Shown piece after piece: positions 29,572 through 41,861 of a stretch of 64,000 bases of DNA. This DNA is from Gammaproteobacteria bacterium (GTDB lineage Bacteria; Pseudomonadota; Gammaproteobacteria; Arenicellales; Poriferihabitantaceae). Position 1 is the stretch's first letter. Each line of letters opens with the position of its first letter. The notes below the pieces were generated by a model that did not search any database, had not been told where the DNA came from, and worked only from the letters and a program-made list of their open reading frames with translations. Made by a program: the position numbers and the translations under genes. The DNA is taken from assembly GCA_022822625.1 (NCBI GenBank), contig JAJEAV010000057.1:8561-72560 (forward strand), read 5' to 3'.

Positions 29572-30835
29572 TGTAATACATGAGGGTTTTCACACATTGT
29601 CCCACGACCTCTTCAACAGGCACGTTGGAGTGCGGTTTGTTGTCTCGAAGAGGTTTCAACTGGACCACGCCTGATTCGGCTTCATCCTGTCCACGAATCA
29701 GGGCCAGTACAGCACCCAATTGATCCGCCTTTCTTAATTGATTCTTAAGTTTTCCCCCTCCGCAATGCTCAATAACATTCAGACCCCTATCTCGAAGTGT
29801 TTCAGCAATTCGAGTTGTGATATCAGACCTGTCTGTCAGATCAATCATGTAGGCATGAATCGGTTGCGTTTCAACTTTTTCACTCTGGAGCATGACTAGC
29901 TCTATCAGTCTCTCCAGGCCCATTGCAAAACCGATCCCCGGAGTATCCTTGCCTCCCCTATTCGCAATGAGTTTATCATATCTGCCTCCCGCACAGACAG
30001 CAGATTGTGCCCCGAGCTGATCCGTTATCCACTCAAATACCGTGCCGCTATAATAGTCTAGCCCTCGAACCAGCCTCGGGTTGATCCGATAGGAAATTCC
30101 CGACTGTTCAAGTGAACTGCACAATGACTCAAAATGTTCCTGTTCATCGGTTTCCATGAAATCCTGAAGTACGGGTGCATCCTTGAGGATTTCCTGAACT
30201 CCCGGATTCTTGTTGTCAAGTATACGAAGAGGATTGGTATGCAGCCTTCTCCGGCTGACTTCATCAAGATAATCCTTCCTTTCAGTCAAAAACCCGGTCA
30301 GTGCCTGGCGATAAGCCGCTCTCGATCTTTCCGAACCGAGTGCATTGATTTCAAGGACTAGTCCCTGTATACCCAGTTCTTTCCATATTCGTTCGCCAAC
30401 CCTGATAATTTCACCATCAATATCCGGACCCGGCCAGCCAAGAGCCTCAATCCCAAACTGGTGGAATTGACGGTATCGGCCACGTTGTGGACGTTCACGC
30501 CGAAACATCGGGCCCATGTACCATAGCCGGATCTGGCGGTTGTGTATCAAGCCATGCTGAATACAGGCACGAACCGTACTGGCAGTCGACTCTGGCCGTA
30601 GAGTCAGGCTTTCTTCGCCGGCATCCACGAAGGTGTACATTTCCTTCTCGACAATATCGGTCTGGTCACCTATGGATTGGGTAAACAAGGCGGTCTTCTC
30701 AACCATCGGAGTACGTATTTCCTGATAGCCATACCTTTCAGAGACTGCACGCAAAACGGCTTCTACCCGATGCCATACCGCTATCTGATCAGGAAGCAGG
30801 TCATTCATGCCACGAACAGACTGTATGTTCTTCAT
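29540..30835 (-). CDS. hisS: Histidine--tRNA ligase
   Basis: VRGMNDLLP, LRPESTAS, MFRRERPQRGRYRQFHQ and GGRYD are class II aaRS HisRS motifs. Confidence 0.95.
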   Translation of the reverse strand: MKNIQSVRGMNDLLPDQIAVWHRVEAVLRAVSERYGYQEIRTPMVEKTALFTQSIGDQTDIVEKEMYTFVDAGEESLTLRPESTASTVRACIQHGLIHNRQIRLWYMGPMFRRERPQRGRYRQFHQFGIEALGWPGPDIDGEIIRVGERIWKELGIQGLVLEINALGSERSRAAYRQALTGFLTERKDYLDEVSRRRLHTNPLRILDNKNPGVQEILKDAPVLQDFMETDEQEHFESLCSSLEQSGISYRINPRLVRGLDYYSGTVFEWITDQLGAQSAVCAGGRYDKLIANRGGKDTPGIGFAMGLERLIELVMLQSEKVETQPIHAYMIDLTDRSDITTRIAETLRDRGLNVIEHCGGGKLKNQLRKADQLGAVLALIRGQDEAESGVVQLKPLRDNKPHSNVPVEEVVGQCVKTLMYYIEQEKIHIKN

Positions 30836-30924
30836 TGCATTAAATCTTGTCTGACAGAGGCTTTATAGGGAAACTTGGACTGGATGTTGATTGACACGTT
30901 CAATCAAGGCCATGCATTCTGATT

Positions 30925-32049
30925 CTAGGATACCGCAACCTGTTGCATTGATACACGCTGGGAGCGTTGTGTCCGGTCCGCGAAATCTCCCGCCAATTGT
31001 CCACAGGCAGCTTCAATGTCATCTCCCCGGGTCTTGCGGGTGATAACGAAAATATTTCGGCTACGCAATTCCTCGCTGAAGCGTTCAATCTGATCAGGGC
31101 CTGATCGTCTGTAGGAAATGCCCAAATATGGATTGAAGGGAATCAGGTTAACCTTACAGGCTACGTCCTGCAACAATCCCGCCAATTGACGGGCATGCTT
31201 CATGTCATCATTGACCCCCTGCAGCATGACATATTCAAAAGTCACTCTCATACGGCTACCCAAATTGCAGTAACGGCGACAACTGTCGAGCAATACCTTG
31301 ATCGGATATTTTCGATTGAGGGGAACCAGTTGTGAGCGAAGTTCGTCATTCGGGGCATGCAGGGAAACCGCCAGCGATACCCGGCAACGCTGAGCCAGAA
31401 CATCTATACCTGGCACATGTCCTGCGGTGCTTAGCGTTACCCTTCGTTTCGACAGGCCAAACGAGTAGTCATCCATCATCAGATGCATTGCCGCTATGAC
31501 ATTATCCAAATTTAGCAGAGGCTCCCCCATACCCATCATGACTACATTGGTAACCGGTCTCTCTTGAGAACGAAAGGTCGGGCTTGAAATCAGTTTCGGG
31601 TCAGTGATCAAGGCCCGGTTGGCCAACATCACCTGGGAAATGATTTCGCCCGCATCCAGATTGCGATTGAAACCCTGTCGAGCTGTTGCACAAAATGTGC
31701 AATTCAGGCTACAACCGACTTGCGAAGAGACACACAGTGTTCCTCGATCAGGTTCCGGTATATAAACCGTTTCGATGCAATTTCCGTCATGCAGCCTGAT
31801 CAACCACTTGACTGTTCCATCAGTTGACGCCTTCTGGCCAATGATTTCCGGAAGGGCCAGTTGAGCCCTGTTTTCCAGCAGAAGTCTAAGCGGCTTGCCA
31901 AGATCAGTCATTGATGAAAACGACTGAATGTCTTTCTGATAAACCCATTTCAGAAGTTGCCTTGCACGAAAAGGTTTCTCACCCATATTCTCGAAAAACA
32001 ACTCGAGGCCGGAGCGATCCAGGCAAAGCAGGTTTTGTGTGGAATCCAT
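30925..32049 (-). CDS. rlmN: 23S rRNA/tRNA (adenine-C2)-methyltransferase RlmN (radical SAM)
   Basis: [11 protein letters not shown], the radical-SAM motif [17 protein letters not shown], and GMGEPLLN. Confidence 0.93.
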   Translation of the reverse strand: MDSTQNLLCLDRSGLELFFENMGEKPFRARQLLKWVYQKDIQSFSSMTDLGKPLRLLLENRAQLALPEIIGQKASTDGTVKWLIRLHDGNCIETVYIPEPDRGTLCVSSQVGCSLNCTFCATARQGFNRNLDAGEIISQVMLANRALITDPKLISSPTFRSQERPVTNVVMMGMGEPLLNLDNVIAAMHLMMDDYSFGLSKRRVTLSTAGHVPGIDVLAQRCRVSLAVSLHAPNDELRSQLVPLNRKYPIKVLLDSCRRYCNLGSRMRVTFEYVMLQGVNDDMKHARQLAGLLQDVACKVNLIPFNPYLGISYRRSGPDQIERFSEELRSRNIFVITRKTRGDDIEAACGQLAGDFADRTQRSQRVSMQQVAVS

Positions 32050-32080
32050 GATATTAAAGATCGATCAGAGGGAAATGGGA

Positions 32081-32521
32081 TCAGCGGGTTCTCTGGCAAA
32101 TCTGGGAGTCATCGAAAAAGAACGCGATCTCCTGTTCTGCAGTCTCCGGGGAGTCCGATCCATGTACTGCATTTTCCTGGACATCGGTTGCAAAATCTGC
32201 CCGGATAGTTCCAGGTGCCGCATCAGCCGGGTTGGTGGCTCCCATCACCTGACGATTTCTTGAGATGGCATCCTCGCCTTCCAGTACCTGAACCATTACC
32301 GGTCCAGAAGTCATGAACTCGACCAGTTCTCCATAGAATGGACGCTCCTTGTGAACCAGATAGAATTCTTCGGCCTGCTGCCGCGTCATATGCAACATTC
32401 TTGATGCCACGATTTTGAGGCCAGCATCTTCAAATCGCTGGTAAATTCTGCCGATCCGGTTGCCTGCCACTGCATCCGGCTTGACTATCGAAAATGTCCG
32501 TTCAATTGCCACTTGCACCAC
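32081..32521 (-). CDS. ndk: Nucleoside-diphosphate kinase
   Basis: [12 protein letters not shown]...NAVHGSDS. The ORF starts at GTG 32521, but the GTG at 32512 (giving MAIERT) is the more typical start. Confidence 0.95.
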   Translation of the reverse strand: MVQVAIERTFSIVKPDAVAGNRIGRIYQRFEDAGLKIVASRMLHMTRQQAEEFYLVHKERPFYGELVEFMTSGPVMVQVLEGEDAISRNRQVMGATNPADAAPGTIRADFATDVQENAVHGSDSPETAEQEIAFFFDDSQICQRTR

Positions 32522-32610
32522 TCCTTAAACGTAAAGTCTGTTGGTTAATATGTTTGCCTTGCACCAACACAAATTGTTGATTTTGTTTCTCAAGCAATTC
32601 ATGCAACAGG

Positions 32611-32657
32611 TAAAAACAGCAACATCTATCCGGCCCCTTACAAAGGTCGATAGATGT
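32611..32657 (-). terminator. Candidate terminator of the SNF2-SWIM operon
   Basis: On the minus strand, ACATCTATC...GATAGATGT forms a 9-bp stem. The loop contains an inner CCTT/AAGG stem, and TTGCTGTTTTT follows. The large loop lowers confidence. Confidence 0.4.
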
Positions 32658-32818
32658 ATTGTTTGGCGAAAATTATTATACTCTATCCGGGCATGAGAAA
32701 ATTACCCGCTCCAGTTCCCCGACCGAAAAACGGGAATCAGGAATCATATTGCCTTTTGTGAGAATCGGCTCTGGAACTTGAACCTGAAAAAAGAACATGA
32801 AAGCAATGCTTTCTACGC

Positions 32819-33652
32819 TCAAATCGAATTTCTGTTTTGTTTGACAATTTGTTCATATATTGGCTCCATCACCTCAACCAATGGCTTGCGATGTTCCCAG
32901 AACCCTGGGTAATCACCTCCCTTCTTTATCAAGATGGCAGGAATTACAGGTTCGTTCCAGGTATCGTCAAATTTAGGCAAGGGTTTAACCCCTCGCCAAA
33001 AGGATTGCAGGTCAGGATGTTTTTCGCGATTGCGATTTGGAGATGGATAGCGATTGGAATGATATTCCGGCTTATGATCATGAGTTTTCATCTGATTAAT
33101 CAGAGCATGACCCAAATCAGACTCCGCCAAAACATGGTGTAACTTATCGAATTGCATGCCTCTCAGCTGGAACACGAAAAACGGATCTCGATCCAGCATT
33201 GAAGCAAGCTTATAGTAAACACCTGCCACATGCTTGCATGGAGACTCGTAATCCGGACATGAGCATTTACTGATGACGTCAGAAGATCTTGACGGGAGTA
33301 GTCGAAGGTCTCTTGAGGAGAATGTCTGCTCAATATTGGAGGGCATTTCGTTGAGTAGTAATTGCGAGAGGATGGCTGCATTGTGCGTCATGTCCAGCGT
33401 TATCTTTTCCCAGTCCTCGGCAGAAAACTGCTTCAGGGATACCGAAACACTGTAGCGGGGTTCCTTGTGTATCCCAAAATAATGATTCACATTGCCCCGC
33501 ACCTTGGCACTGACCTGATGGCCCTTCACCGAAAACTCAAGGATCCGGTTCGCACCCGAGTAGGCTCTCCCACGCTTCAGCCTTCCGATGTCCATGCATT
33601 GCTCCAGCACCTCCAGAAATTTCTCTCCCCACCAGGTACGAACACTTCGCAT
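32819..33652 (-). CDS. SWIM zinc-finger protein
   Basis: CSCPDYESPCKHVAGVYY matches the CxCxnCxH SWIM signature, and the N-terminal WWGEKFLEVLE region is typical of SNF2-associated SWIM proteins. Its ATG overlaps the SNF2 stop (TAATG). Confidence 0.8.
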   Translation of the reverse strand: MRSVRTWWGEKFLEVLEQCMDIGRLKRGRAYSGANRILEFSVKGHQVSAKVRGNVNHYFGIHKEPRYSVSVSLKQFSAEDWEKITLDMTHNAAILSQLLLNEMPSNIEQTFSSRDLRLLPSRSSDVISKCSCPDYESPCKHVAGVYYKLASMLDRDPFFVFQLRGMQFDKLHHVLAESDLGHALINQMKTHDHKPEYHSNRYPSPNRNREKHPDLQSFWRGVKPLPKFDDTWNEPVIPAILIKKGGDYPGFWEHRKPLVEVMEPIYEQIVKQNRNSI

Positions 33653-36600
33653 TATGCAACCTCCATGATGGTTTTACGATTCAAGGAGATAAGCTGTCGA
33701 AATTGGTCATTGTCTATTTCGGTCAACCAGTTTTCATCACTTCCAATAATACTATCGGCCAAAGTACGCTTATCTTCGATCATCTGGTCTATTTTTTCCT
33801 CAAGCGTTCCCAGTGTAATCATTTTATGGACAAACACGGATTGCTTTTGCCCGATACGGTATGCCCGATCTGTTGCCTGGTTTTCTACAGCCGGATTCCA
33901 CCAACGGTCAAAATGAAAAACATGATTCGCTTGGGTCAAGGTAATTCCGACCCCGCCCGCCTTCAGGGAAAGAATGAATATACCCGCAGGGGCGTCAGCA
34001 TCCTGAAAACCTTCAATCATACGCTGTCGATTCTTGCGACTGGTTCCGCCGTACAAATAATACACTGGGCAATAATGATGATTTCGTAAAAACCCTTCGA
34101 GTTGTTCACCCAGTTCTGTAAACTGGGAGAACACCAGTATGCTCGATGATTCTGCAAGAGCTTCCTCAACCATCTCATTGAGACGCAAGAGTTTGTGTGA
34201 GCGTGTTTGCTCGAATGCACTTCCATCCTGCAGGAATTGATTGGGGTGATTGCAGATCTGTTTGAGCTTCATTAGGGTGGCGAGCATTATCCCCCTCCGT
34301 TCTATTCCCTCGGCACTTTCCAACTGTTGCTCCACTTCCTTCACAGTAGCCTCGTAGAGTGAGGCCTGCTCCCTGGTCAGATTACAGTACACTTTCTGCT
34401 CAACTTTTTCAGGAAGGTCACCAATAATGCCAGGGTCGGTTTTCATGCGTCGAAGAATAAACGGATGCACCAGTTTTTGTAACTGTTTCGTCTTGACGGG
34501 GTCACGGTTCCGCTGAATCGGTAGTTCATAAGCCTTTCTGAATCCGCTTTTATTTCCAAGATAGCCCGGGGTCAGGAAGTTAAACAGGGACCACATGTCC
34601 ATAAGGCGGTTTTCTACAGGGGTTCCTGTAAGAACTAGTCGGTGAGTTGATTTGAGAGAACAGATTGCCCGGGTCTGGGCAGAATCGGGATTCTTTATAT
34701 TTTGCGCTTCGTCTACCACGATTCGGTGCCAGGGTTGTGCCTTGAACAATGCACCGTCACTACGTATCAGGTTAAATGACGTGATAAGAACATGATTCTC
34801 TTCTCGCAGTTTTTTCAACTCGTCGGCTTTGGAGGCTCGATCACTACCATGATGAATCACGCATTTGAGCTTCGGAGCAAAACCCTGGATTTCCTTTTGC
34901 CAGTTACTCAATACCGATGTAGGCGCGATTAACAACGTCGGAGCAAGCTTGCAATATTGGGCGGATTCCATTGTCTCCTGTTCGTGCAATAGAAGTGCAA
35001 TTACCTGTATGGTTTTTCCAAGTCCCATATCATCAGCCAGACATGCATTCAGTCCCAGACCATTCATGCTGGAAAGCCAGGACAAGCCCTGCTTCTGATA
35101 AGGTCTCAAGTCACCATCCAGACCAGCGGGGTTATCCAGAGGTACAATGGCTTCCTTTTCTTCCAGTCTGGCCAAAATATCCGACAACACCTCATCAAAG
35201 GCAAATTCGGTCATCTCCGTGTTGGCTTCCGTCATTTCCTTGAGCATTTTGTCAAGTGAAACAGCAGGTGCCACCAGTCCATCCTGAGCCTGCCAGCTCT
35301 TCAGAATACTCTCCATGTGATTGCTATCCAACTCCACCCATTCACCACGAAATTTCACCAGCGATGCCTTGGCATTGACTAGGTCCTGCCACTCCCCATC
35401 ACTAATTGTTTGCCCACCTATTGAAAGTTCAAAGTTGAACTGCACAACGGAGTCCATGTTGAAGTAGCCCGATGATGGTTGGAGGGAACTCGATTTTGTG
35501 GACTTTCCTGATGCACTGATTCGAATGCGTGCACGCTGACGATTCCTGGACGACCACCAACCGGGAAGGAGAACCACGAAACCTGCGGATTCGAGCAAAA
35601 GAGCGTCGTTCTTGAGAAAATCGTAAGCAGTATCAAGGCTGATATTCATACCAACCGGCCGGGAAGTTTCCATACTTTCCCATAGCAGGGGACATAAGCG
35701 AGCTGCTTGTGCCATTGAAATCAGCAGATGCGACTCAAATTGGCTGCCAAGGCGTTTTAGCCACTTGCCCTGCCGTGATCTAGACATTCCCCACCATTCA
35801 TCAAGACCGATTTGTAGCGAGGGGTCATCATGAGCAGATACAAAGAAATCCAGACGCCACTCCTGACTCTGGTCTCCGTCTGGCTCATGTAGGCGAATTC
35901 CGAATCTAAAACCAGTACGATTATGGCCCTGCGGGTCTTGATCTTGTTGACCAACAATCCTGCCTTTCCAGGTTTGCCAGTTATACCAGTCTCCCAGAGT
36001 GGGCGACCTAGAAGCAGCCCTTTCTATCTTTCCCCCATGTGGAGTCTCTTGACCCAGGTTAATCAGGGCATCAGCGGGCCAGTATCCAGAAAACTTATTG
36101 AGGGCTGTGGTCGAAATTTTCGAGTCAATCACAAATTGTTCGAGTTGCTGTTCCGAAAAATGCTGAAGTAATTCCACGGGTGACAGGCATTCCAGCAGGT
36201 CTGGTTTCCGTCTTTCCGGCTTGTCTCTGTAGATGGACCTACAAGCTCCGGGCATGGATTCTGCAAATTCACCCAGTGCATTTTCGTATGATTCTGAAAC
36301 TGGAGACCAGCCACTGAATACCTGCAATTTGGCGTCCTTACCGCTGGGCTGAAAGCATTTCATGGTCGGTAAAAATTGATGGCGCATGACGATATTCCCG
36401 AATGCCTGGGAATACCTGGCCCAGAATCTGAGATCACCAGCCTGACAAAAGTTAGAGCGGTGAAACGATGACGTGTAATGTAGTTCCTTCAAAAAAGGCA
36501 GGGGCCTGGAGGTTGCAAGACATCGGATTTCCCAATCATGCCAGTCATATTCGCCGGGGCTTTCCGGCAAAAATTCGCCGACCATCTGGGCCATTTCAGC

Positions 36601-36888
36601 ACTGGGCAAGGGCTTGTTTTCAGTCCCTGGTAAAGTTGCATATAGAGATATCAGCCCAGGGTTAACCTGATCAATGATATCCTGACTAAAAAACAGGTTC
36701 GACTTGAGAAAATCGACCAGTTCATCATAATCCACAAGATGGGCAGGATGCCGTTCCGAGATTTTTTTGACGGGTTTGGCCCTGAATGGAGGGGTTTCAA
36801 TCCAGAACGCAAACACTCCATGATTATCGAATTGAGTGCCTTCCCCGGGAACCCACACCCCATGCCCTACATAGGCCGTAGTCTGCAT
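33652..36888 (-). CDS. SNF2-family helicase/ATPase with long N-terminal bacterial SNF2-associated region, 1078 aa
   Basis: LADDMGLGKTIQVIALL (motif I), VVDEAQNIKN (DEAQ box), LTGTPVENRLMDMWSLFNF, ILVFSQF, GGVGITLTQANHVFHFDRWWNPAVENQATDRAYRIGQ. Confidence 0.9.
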   Translation of the reverse strand: MQTTAYVGHGVWVPGEGTQFDNHGVFAFWIETPPFRAKPVKKISERHPAHLVDYDELVDFLKSNLFFSQDIIDQVNPGLISLYATLPGTENKPLPSAEMAQMVGEFLPESPGEYDWHDWEIRCLATSRPLPFLKELHYTSSFHRSNFCQAGDLRFWARYSQAFGNIVMRHQFLPTMKCFQPSGKDAKLQVFSGWSPVSESYENALGEFAESMPGACRSIYRDKPERRKPDLLECLSPVELLQHFSEQQLEQFVIDSKISTTALNKFSGYWPADALINLGQETPHGGKIERAASRSPTLGDWYNWQTWKGRIVGQQDQDPQGHNRTGFRFGIRLHEPDGDQSQEWRLDFFVSAHDDPSLQIGLDEWWGMSRSRQGKWLKRLGSQFESHLLISMAQAARLCPLLWESMETSRPVGMNISLDTAYDFLKNDALLLESAGFVVLLPGWWSSRNRQRARIRISASGKSTKSSSLQPSSGYFNMDSVVQFNFELSIGGQTISDGEWQDLVNAKASLVKFRGEWVELDSNHMESILKSWQAQDGLVAPAVSLDKMLKEMTEANTEMTEFAFDEVLSDILARLEEKEAIVPLDNPAGLDGDLRPYQKQGLSWLSSMNGLGLNACLADDMGLGKTIQVIALLLHEQETMESAQYCKLAPTLLIAPTSVLSNWQKEIQGFAPKLKCVIHHGSDRASKADELKKLREENHVLITSFNLIRSDGALFKAQPWHRIVVDEAQNIKNPDSAQTRAICSLKSTHRLVLTGTPVENRLMDMWSLFNFLTPGYLGNKSGFRKAYELPIQRNRDPVKTKQLQKLVHPFILRRMKTDPGIIGDLPEKVEQKVYCNLTREQASLYEATVKEVEQQLESAEGIERRGIMLATLMKLKQICNHPNQFLQDGSAFEQTRSHKLLRLNEMVEEALAESSSILVFSQFTELGEQLEGFLRNHHYCPVYYLYGGTSRKNRQRMIEGFQDADAPAGIFILSLKAGGVGITLTQANHVFHFDRWWNPAVENQATDRAYRIGQKQSVFVHKMITLGTLEEKIDQMIEDKRTLADSIIGSDENWLTEIDNDQFRQLISLNRKTIMEVA

Positions 36889-36956
36889 GCTGCCTTTTAT
36901 CGTTTCTTATAGGGTCGACGGAGGGATGGTTACAGCCTATCCATTATATGGAAAAA

Positions 36957-37442
36957 TCACTCCTCTTCATAATCAGTACCGATGATTTCATAAAGTCGAG
37001 GACCGCTCGGTGTCGAGACTTCTACTTCATCGCCAACCGATTTTCCAACCAGCGCTTTACCGATGGGAGAACTGATCGAAATTTTACCGCATGAAATATC
37101 TGCTTCAAGATTCCCAACAAGCTGATATTCAACCGTCGTCTCACGATCAATGTCATACAACTCTATCTTTGCTCCGAACACGACCTTGTCTGGATTCGCA
37201 ATCTTTGCCGGGTCAATCACTTCAGCAGCCGAAAGGTTTGATTCAAGAAGCTTGATTCTTGCCTCAATCAGGCCCTGCTGCTCTTTTGCAGCATGATATT
37301 CGGCATTTTCGGACAGATCGCCATGGGCCCTAGCCTCGGCAATAGCCGAGATAATTCTTGGACGATCTTCGCTTTTCAGCTTTTTCAGTTCCTGATGTAA
37401 GGCTTGTGCACCGAACTTCGTCAAAAGAACACGGTCAGTCAT
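36957..37442 (-). CDS. greA: Transcription elongation factor GreA
   Basis: [17 protein letters not shown]...[21 protein letters not shown]...[14 protein letters not shown]. Confidence 0.95.
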   Translation of the reverse strand: MTDRVLLTKFGAQALHQELKKLKSEDRPRIISAIAEARAHGDLSENAEYHAAKEQQGLIEARIKLLESNLSAAEVIDPAKIANPDKVVFGAKIELYDIDRETTVEYQLVGNLEADISCGKISISSPIGKALVGKSVGDEVEVSTPSGPRLYEIIGTDYEEE

Positions 37443-37492
37443 TTTTCTGTCTCGCTAGGTGGTGCAAAAACAAGGGGCCATCTGGCCAAATG

Positions 37493-40400
37493 TCAGTTTT
37501 TGCCGTGAGTTTCCGAAATCGCCTGATGCAAATCCTGAAGTCGATTGACAGTGTTCGACTGCAGTTTCTGATGGGCGGCAACTGCTGCCTTTGCTGAGGC
37601 CAGGGTCGTGTAATAAGTGACTTTTGCCTGCAACGCTTCCCGCCGAATTGTATAGGAATCCCTCAAACTTTGCCTTCCTGATGTGGTATTAATCATCAAG
37701 CCGATTTCACCATTCTTGATCATGTCGACAACATGAGGGCGCCCTTCAATTACCTTGTTAACCCGTTCGACCGTGATACCGGCCTCCTGAATGACTTTGG
37801 CTGTACCCTCGGTTGCCAGAATCCTGAAGCCAGACTCGTGAAAATATCGAACTACTTCCACACTATCCTGCTGATCCTCCTTTCGCAGGCTGAACAGCAC
37901 ATTCCCATCGGCGGGTACAGGAGAATAGGCTGCTTCCTGGGATTTTCGAAACGCCTCCCCAAAGGTGGTTCCAATTCCCATCACTTCTCCCGTACTTTTC
38001 ATTTCCGGACCCAGTACCGTATCGACTCCCGGAAACTTGATAAACGGGAAAACCGCTTCCTTGACCGAATAGAAATTGGGAATGATTTCTTCATCAACTC
38101 CCTGCTCCTTCAAGGTCACTCCTGCCATGCAACGGGCTGCTATTTTTGCGAGCGGCCTTGAAGTCGCCTTGGATACGAAAGGAACGGTCCTTGATGCTCG
38201 CGGATTAACTTCCAGCACATACACCACATCATCCTTGACCGCAAATTGAACGTTCATCAGTCCGAGCACATTGAGGGCTTTGGCCATCTCCCTGGTTTGT
38301 CGCTTGATTTCATCCTGTATGTCTGAGCTCAGCGTCCAGGGTGGTAAGGAACAGGCCGAATCCCCCGAATGCACGCCAGCCGCTTCAATATGCTCCATCA
38401 CCCCTCCGATCACGATATGCCCTGAATCACAAACCGCATCCACATCAACTTCGACTGCATCATCCAAAAAGCGGTCGAGTAAAACCGGAGAATCGAACGA
38501 TACGCTTAATGCTGAATTCATGTAATGAGCGAGTTCTTCGGGATCATGGACGATTTCCATGCCCCGTCCTCCCAGCACATATGAAGGCCTTACGACAATC
38601 GGATAGCCAATCTCATCGGCCAGCTCAAGTACCTGCCGAGAGTCCATCGCGGTACGGTTTGGAGGTTGGAGCAAGCCCAGATCCGACAATAACTGCTGAA
38701 AATACTGTCGATCCTCAGCCTGATGTATGGATGACGGAGAAGTTCCGATGATCGGAGCACCGGCCTGCTCAAGCTGCCGGGCAAGCTTGAGCGGAGTTTG
38801 TCCGCCAAATTGTACGATGATGCCCAGCGGCTTTTCGATTTCTACAATCTCCAAAACATCTTCGAGAGTCAACGGTTCAAAGTACAGTCTGTCAGACGTA
38901 TCGTAATCGGTTGAAACCGTCTCTGGATTACAGTTGATCATGATGATCTCGTATCCATCTTCGCGAAGCGCCATTGATGCATGAACACAACAATAATCGA
39001 ATTCGATGCCCTGGCCGATTCGGTTGGGACCGCCGCCTAGAACGATGATCTTCCTACGATCGGTCGGCAAGGATTCACATTCCTCATCATATGAGGAATA
39101 CATGTATGCAGTAGAGGTATCGAATTCTGCCGCGCACGAATCAACGCGCTTGTAGGTTGGATGAATGTTCTCGACCTGGCGAAATTGACGAATCGCAGAT
39201 TCCTTAACACCAAACAATTGGGCCAGGCGTCGGTCTGAAAATCCTTGCGATTTCCAGTGACGTAGCCTTTCAGCATCTACAGCAGCAAAACTGCCTGAGG
39301 CAATCTCCTGTTCGCTTGCCATGAGATCTTCGATTTGCTCCAGAAACCATGGATCAATCTTGCAAATGGAATGAATCGCTTCCCGGTCCATTCCAGATCG
39401 ATATGCCTGAGCGACATACCACAGACGCTGGGCACCGGGAATACCCAGTTTCGAGATCAGGTAGTCTTCCGGATGATCATCCGGAATCGGCATGTCGTCA
39501 AACCCGTATGACCCGATCTCCAGACTTCTTAGTGCTTTCTGAACCGATTCCTGAAAGTTTCGCCCTATGGCCATGACCTCACCCACTGACTTCATTTGCG
39601 TAGTCAACACGGAATCGGCCTGAGGAAACTTTTCAAAATCAAAACGCGGTATCTTGGTTATCACATAGTCGATAGTTGGCTCGAACGAAGCAGGAGTTCG
39701 CCCTCCGGTAATATCGTTACTGAGCTCGTCTAGGGTATATCCCACAGCAAGTTTTGCTGCTACTTTGGCGATTGGAAATCCTGTTGCTTTTGAGGCTAAT
39801 GCCGATGAGCGCGATACCCGGGGATTCATTTCAATGATGATCAGTCGACCATCCTCGGGATTGATGGCAAACTGCACATTGGATCCGCCGGTTTCTACAC
39901 CAATCTCCCGTAAAACCGCGATACTGGCATCGCGCATGACTTGGTACTCTTTATCGGTCAGCGTCTGAGCTGGTGCAACAGTAATCGAGTCGCCGGTATG
40001 CACGCCCATCGGATCGAAATTTTCGATGGCGCAAATGATGATGCAGTTGTCGTTCCTGTCCCGCACCACCTCCATTTCGAACTCTTTCCAGCCGATGATG
40101 CTTTTTTCGATCAGCAATTCTCCAACCGGCGAAATTTCCAGGCCATGGGCACAGATGGTCTCAAATTCCTCTGTATTGTAGGCAATTCCACCCCCACTTC
40201 CGCCGAGGGTAAAGGAAGGTCTGATGATTGCGGGAAACCCGAGTTCATTGACAATATTGCGCGCATCATCCAGAGAGTGTGCCAATTTTCCGGTAGCCGT
40301 CTCAAGACCAATTGACATCATGGCCTGACGGAACAGTTCCCGGTCCTCCGCTTTATCAATGGCCTCTGGCTTGGCGCCTATCATCTCCACATCATATTCT

Positions 40401-40726
40401 TTCAGAACGCCCAGACGATTAAGATCAAGTGCACAGTTCAGGGCCGTCTGGCCTCCCATCGTCGGCAAGATTGCATCCGGGCGTTCTTTTTCGATAATTC
40501 GGGCAACCGTATCCGGATTGATTGGCTCAATATAGGTCGAATCGGCAAATCCGGGATCGGTCATGATGGTAGCTGGATTTGAATTCACCAGCACTACCCT
40601 GTATCCCTCATCCTTGAGAGCCTTGCAGGCCTGAACACCTGAATAATCAAACTCACAGGCCTGCCCAATCACAATTGGGCCCGCCCCTATGATCAGGATA
40701 TTGTGGATATCATTGCGTTTAGGCAT
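37493..40726 (-). CDS. carB: Carbamoyl-phosphate synthase large subunit
   Basis: 1077 aa with duplicated ATP-grasp halves. The N-terminus ([21 protein letters not shown]) is canonical. Confidence 0.97.
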   Translation of the reverse strand: MPKRNDIHNILIIGAGPIVIGQACEFDYSGVQACKALKDEGYRVVLVNSNPATIMTDPGFADSTYIEPINPDTVARIIEKERPDAILPTMGGQTALNCALDLNRLGVLKEYDVEMIGAKPEAIDKAEDRELFRQAMMSIGLETATGKLAHSLDDARNIVNELGFPAIIRPSFTLGGSGGGIAYNTEEFETICAHGLEISPVGELLIEKSIIGWKEFEMEVVRDRNDNCIIICAIENFDPMGVHTGDSITVAPAQTLTDKEYQVMRDASIAVLREIGVETGGSNVQFAINPEDGRLIIIEMNPRVSRSSALASKATGFPIAKVAAKLAVGYTLDELSNDITGGRTPASFEPTIDYVITKIPRFDFEKFPQADSVLTTQMKSVGEVMAIGRNFQESVQKALRSLEIGSYGFDDMPIPDDHPEDYLISKLGIPGAQRLWYVAQAYRSGMDREAIHSICKIDPWFLEQIEDLMASEQEIASGSFAAVDAERLRHWKSQGFSDRRLAQLFGVKESAIRQFRQVENIHPTYKRVDSCAAEFDTSTAYMYSSYDEECESLPTDRRKIIVLGGGPNRIGQGIEFDYCCVHASMALREDGYEIIMINCNPETVSTDYDTSDRLYFEPLTLEDVLEIVEIEKPLGIIVQFGGQTPLKLARQLEQAGAPIIGTSPSSIHQAEDRQYFQQLLSDLGLLQPPNRTAMDSRQVLELADEIGYPIVVRPSYVLGGRGMEIVHDPEELAHYMNSALSVSFDSPVLLDRFLDDAVEVDVDAVCDSGHIVIGGVMEHIEAAGVHSGDSACSLPPWTLSSDIQDEIKRQTREMAKALNVLGLMNVQFAVKDDVVYVLEVNPRASRTVPFVSKATSRPLAKIAARCMAGVTLKEQGVDEEIIPNFYSVKEAVFPFIKFPGVDTVLGPEMKSTGEVMGIGTTFGEAFRKSQEAAYSPVPADGNVLFSLRKEDQQDSVEVVRYFHESGFRILATEGTAKVIQEAGITVERVNKVIEGRPHVVDMIKNGEIGLMINTTSGRQSLRDSYTIRREALQAKVTYYTTLASAKAAVAAHQKLQSNTVNRLQDLHQAISETHGKN

Positions 40727-41861
40727 TGGCGAAACTTCCGGGGTCCTGAATCAGGTTCACAAAACGATCAAACAGGCCTTGAATATCCCGTGGGCCCGGA
40801 CTGGCTTCCGGGTGCCCCTGAAAGGAAAAGGCTGGAACATCGGTTCGCTGAATACCTTGTACGGTGCCATCAAACAATGATCGGTGGGTAACTGTAATAT
40901 GCTTGCCCAAGGAGCTTTCCATGACTGTAAACCCATGGTTTTGACTGGTAATCAGGACTTTGCCAGTCTGAATATCAAGTACCGGGTGATTGGCGCCGTG
41001 ATGACCAAACTTCATTTTCTCGGTTTGTCCGCCACTTGCCAGAGCGAGTAACTGATGGCCGAGGCAAATTCCAAATGTAGGGATTTTCCTGTCAAGAATA
41101 TCCTGGATTGCCTCTATCGCATAGCTGCAGGGCTCCGGGTCACCCGGACCATTTGACAGAAAAACCCCGTCAGGCTCTAGATCGAAGACATCTCGAGCAG
41201 GCGTTTTTGCAGGTACAACCCGAGTGTAGCATCCCCGGCTCGCGAGCAGTCTGAGGATGTTTTTCTTGATCCCAAAATCATAGGCAACCACCTTGAATTT
41301 GGGGACTGGTGGCTTGAGATAACCTTGTTCCAGATCCCATACCGATTCATCCCAATCATAAGCATTCGATACCGAGACCTCACGTGCCAGATCCATGCCC
41401 AGCAGACCCGGAAACTCTCGTGCTGCCGCCAATGCCAGTTCGGCATCGATATCCTGACCCGCCAGAATGCACCCTCCTTGAGCGCCTTTGGTACGCAGGA
41501 TTCGGGTCAGTTTACGAGTGTCGATATCGCTGATACCCTGTCGATTATGCGCCATCAGAAAATCCGTAAGGGAACTGCTTGAACGCCAGTTACTGGTCAA
41601 CCTTGAACTATCCCTAACAATCAAGCCTGAGCAGAAAACCCGTTCGGACTCCCGATCTTCAAGATTGGTGCCAACGTTACCAATGTGTGGATAGGTCAAT
41701 GCAACCAGTTGTCTGGCATAAGACGGGTCGGTCAAAATCTCCTGATATCCGGTCATGGAAGTATTGAATACTACTTCTCCGGCCTGAATGCCGTCAGCGC
41801 CGATTGATTTGCCGGTAAAGACTGTTCCGTCTTCGAGAGCGAGTATGGCCTTTGATTGCAA
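40719..41861 (-). CDS. carA: Carbamoyl-phosphate synthase small subunit (glutamine amidotransferase)
   Basis: [15 protein letters not shown]..., GICLGHQLL (the catalytic Cys), and an 8-nt overlap with carB. Confidence 0.95.
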   Translation of the reverse strand: MQSKAILALEDGTVFTGKSIGADGIQAGEVVFNTSMTGYQEILTDPSYARQLVALTYPHIGNVGTNLEDRESERVFCSGLIVRDSSRLTSNWRSSSSLTDFLMAHNRQGISDIDTRKLTRILRTKGAQGGCILAGQDIDAELALAAAREFPGLLGMDLAREVSVSNAYDWDESVWDLEQGYLKPPVPKFKVVAYDFGIKKNILRLLASRGCYTRVVPAKTPARDVFDLEPDGVFLSNGPGDPEPCSYAIEAIQDILDRKIPTFGICLGHQLLALASGGQTEKMKFGHHGANHPVLDIQTGKVLITSQNHGFTVMESSLGKHITVTHRSLFDGTVQGIQRTDVPAFSFQGHPEASPGPRDIQGLFDRFVNLIQDPGSFANA

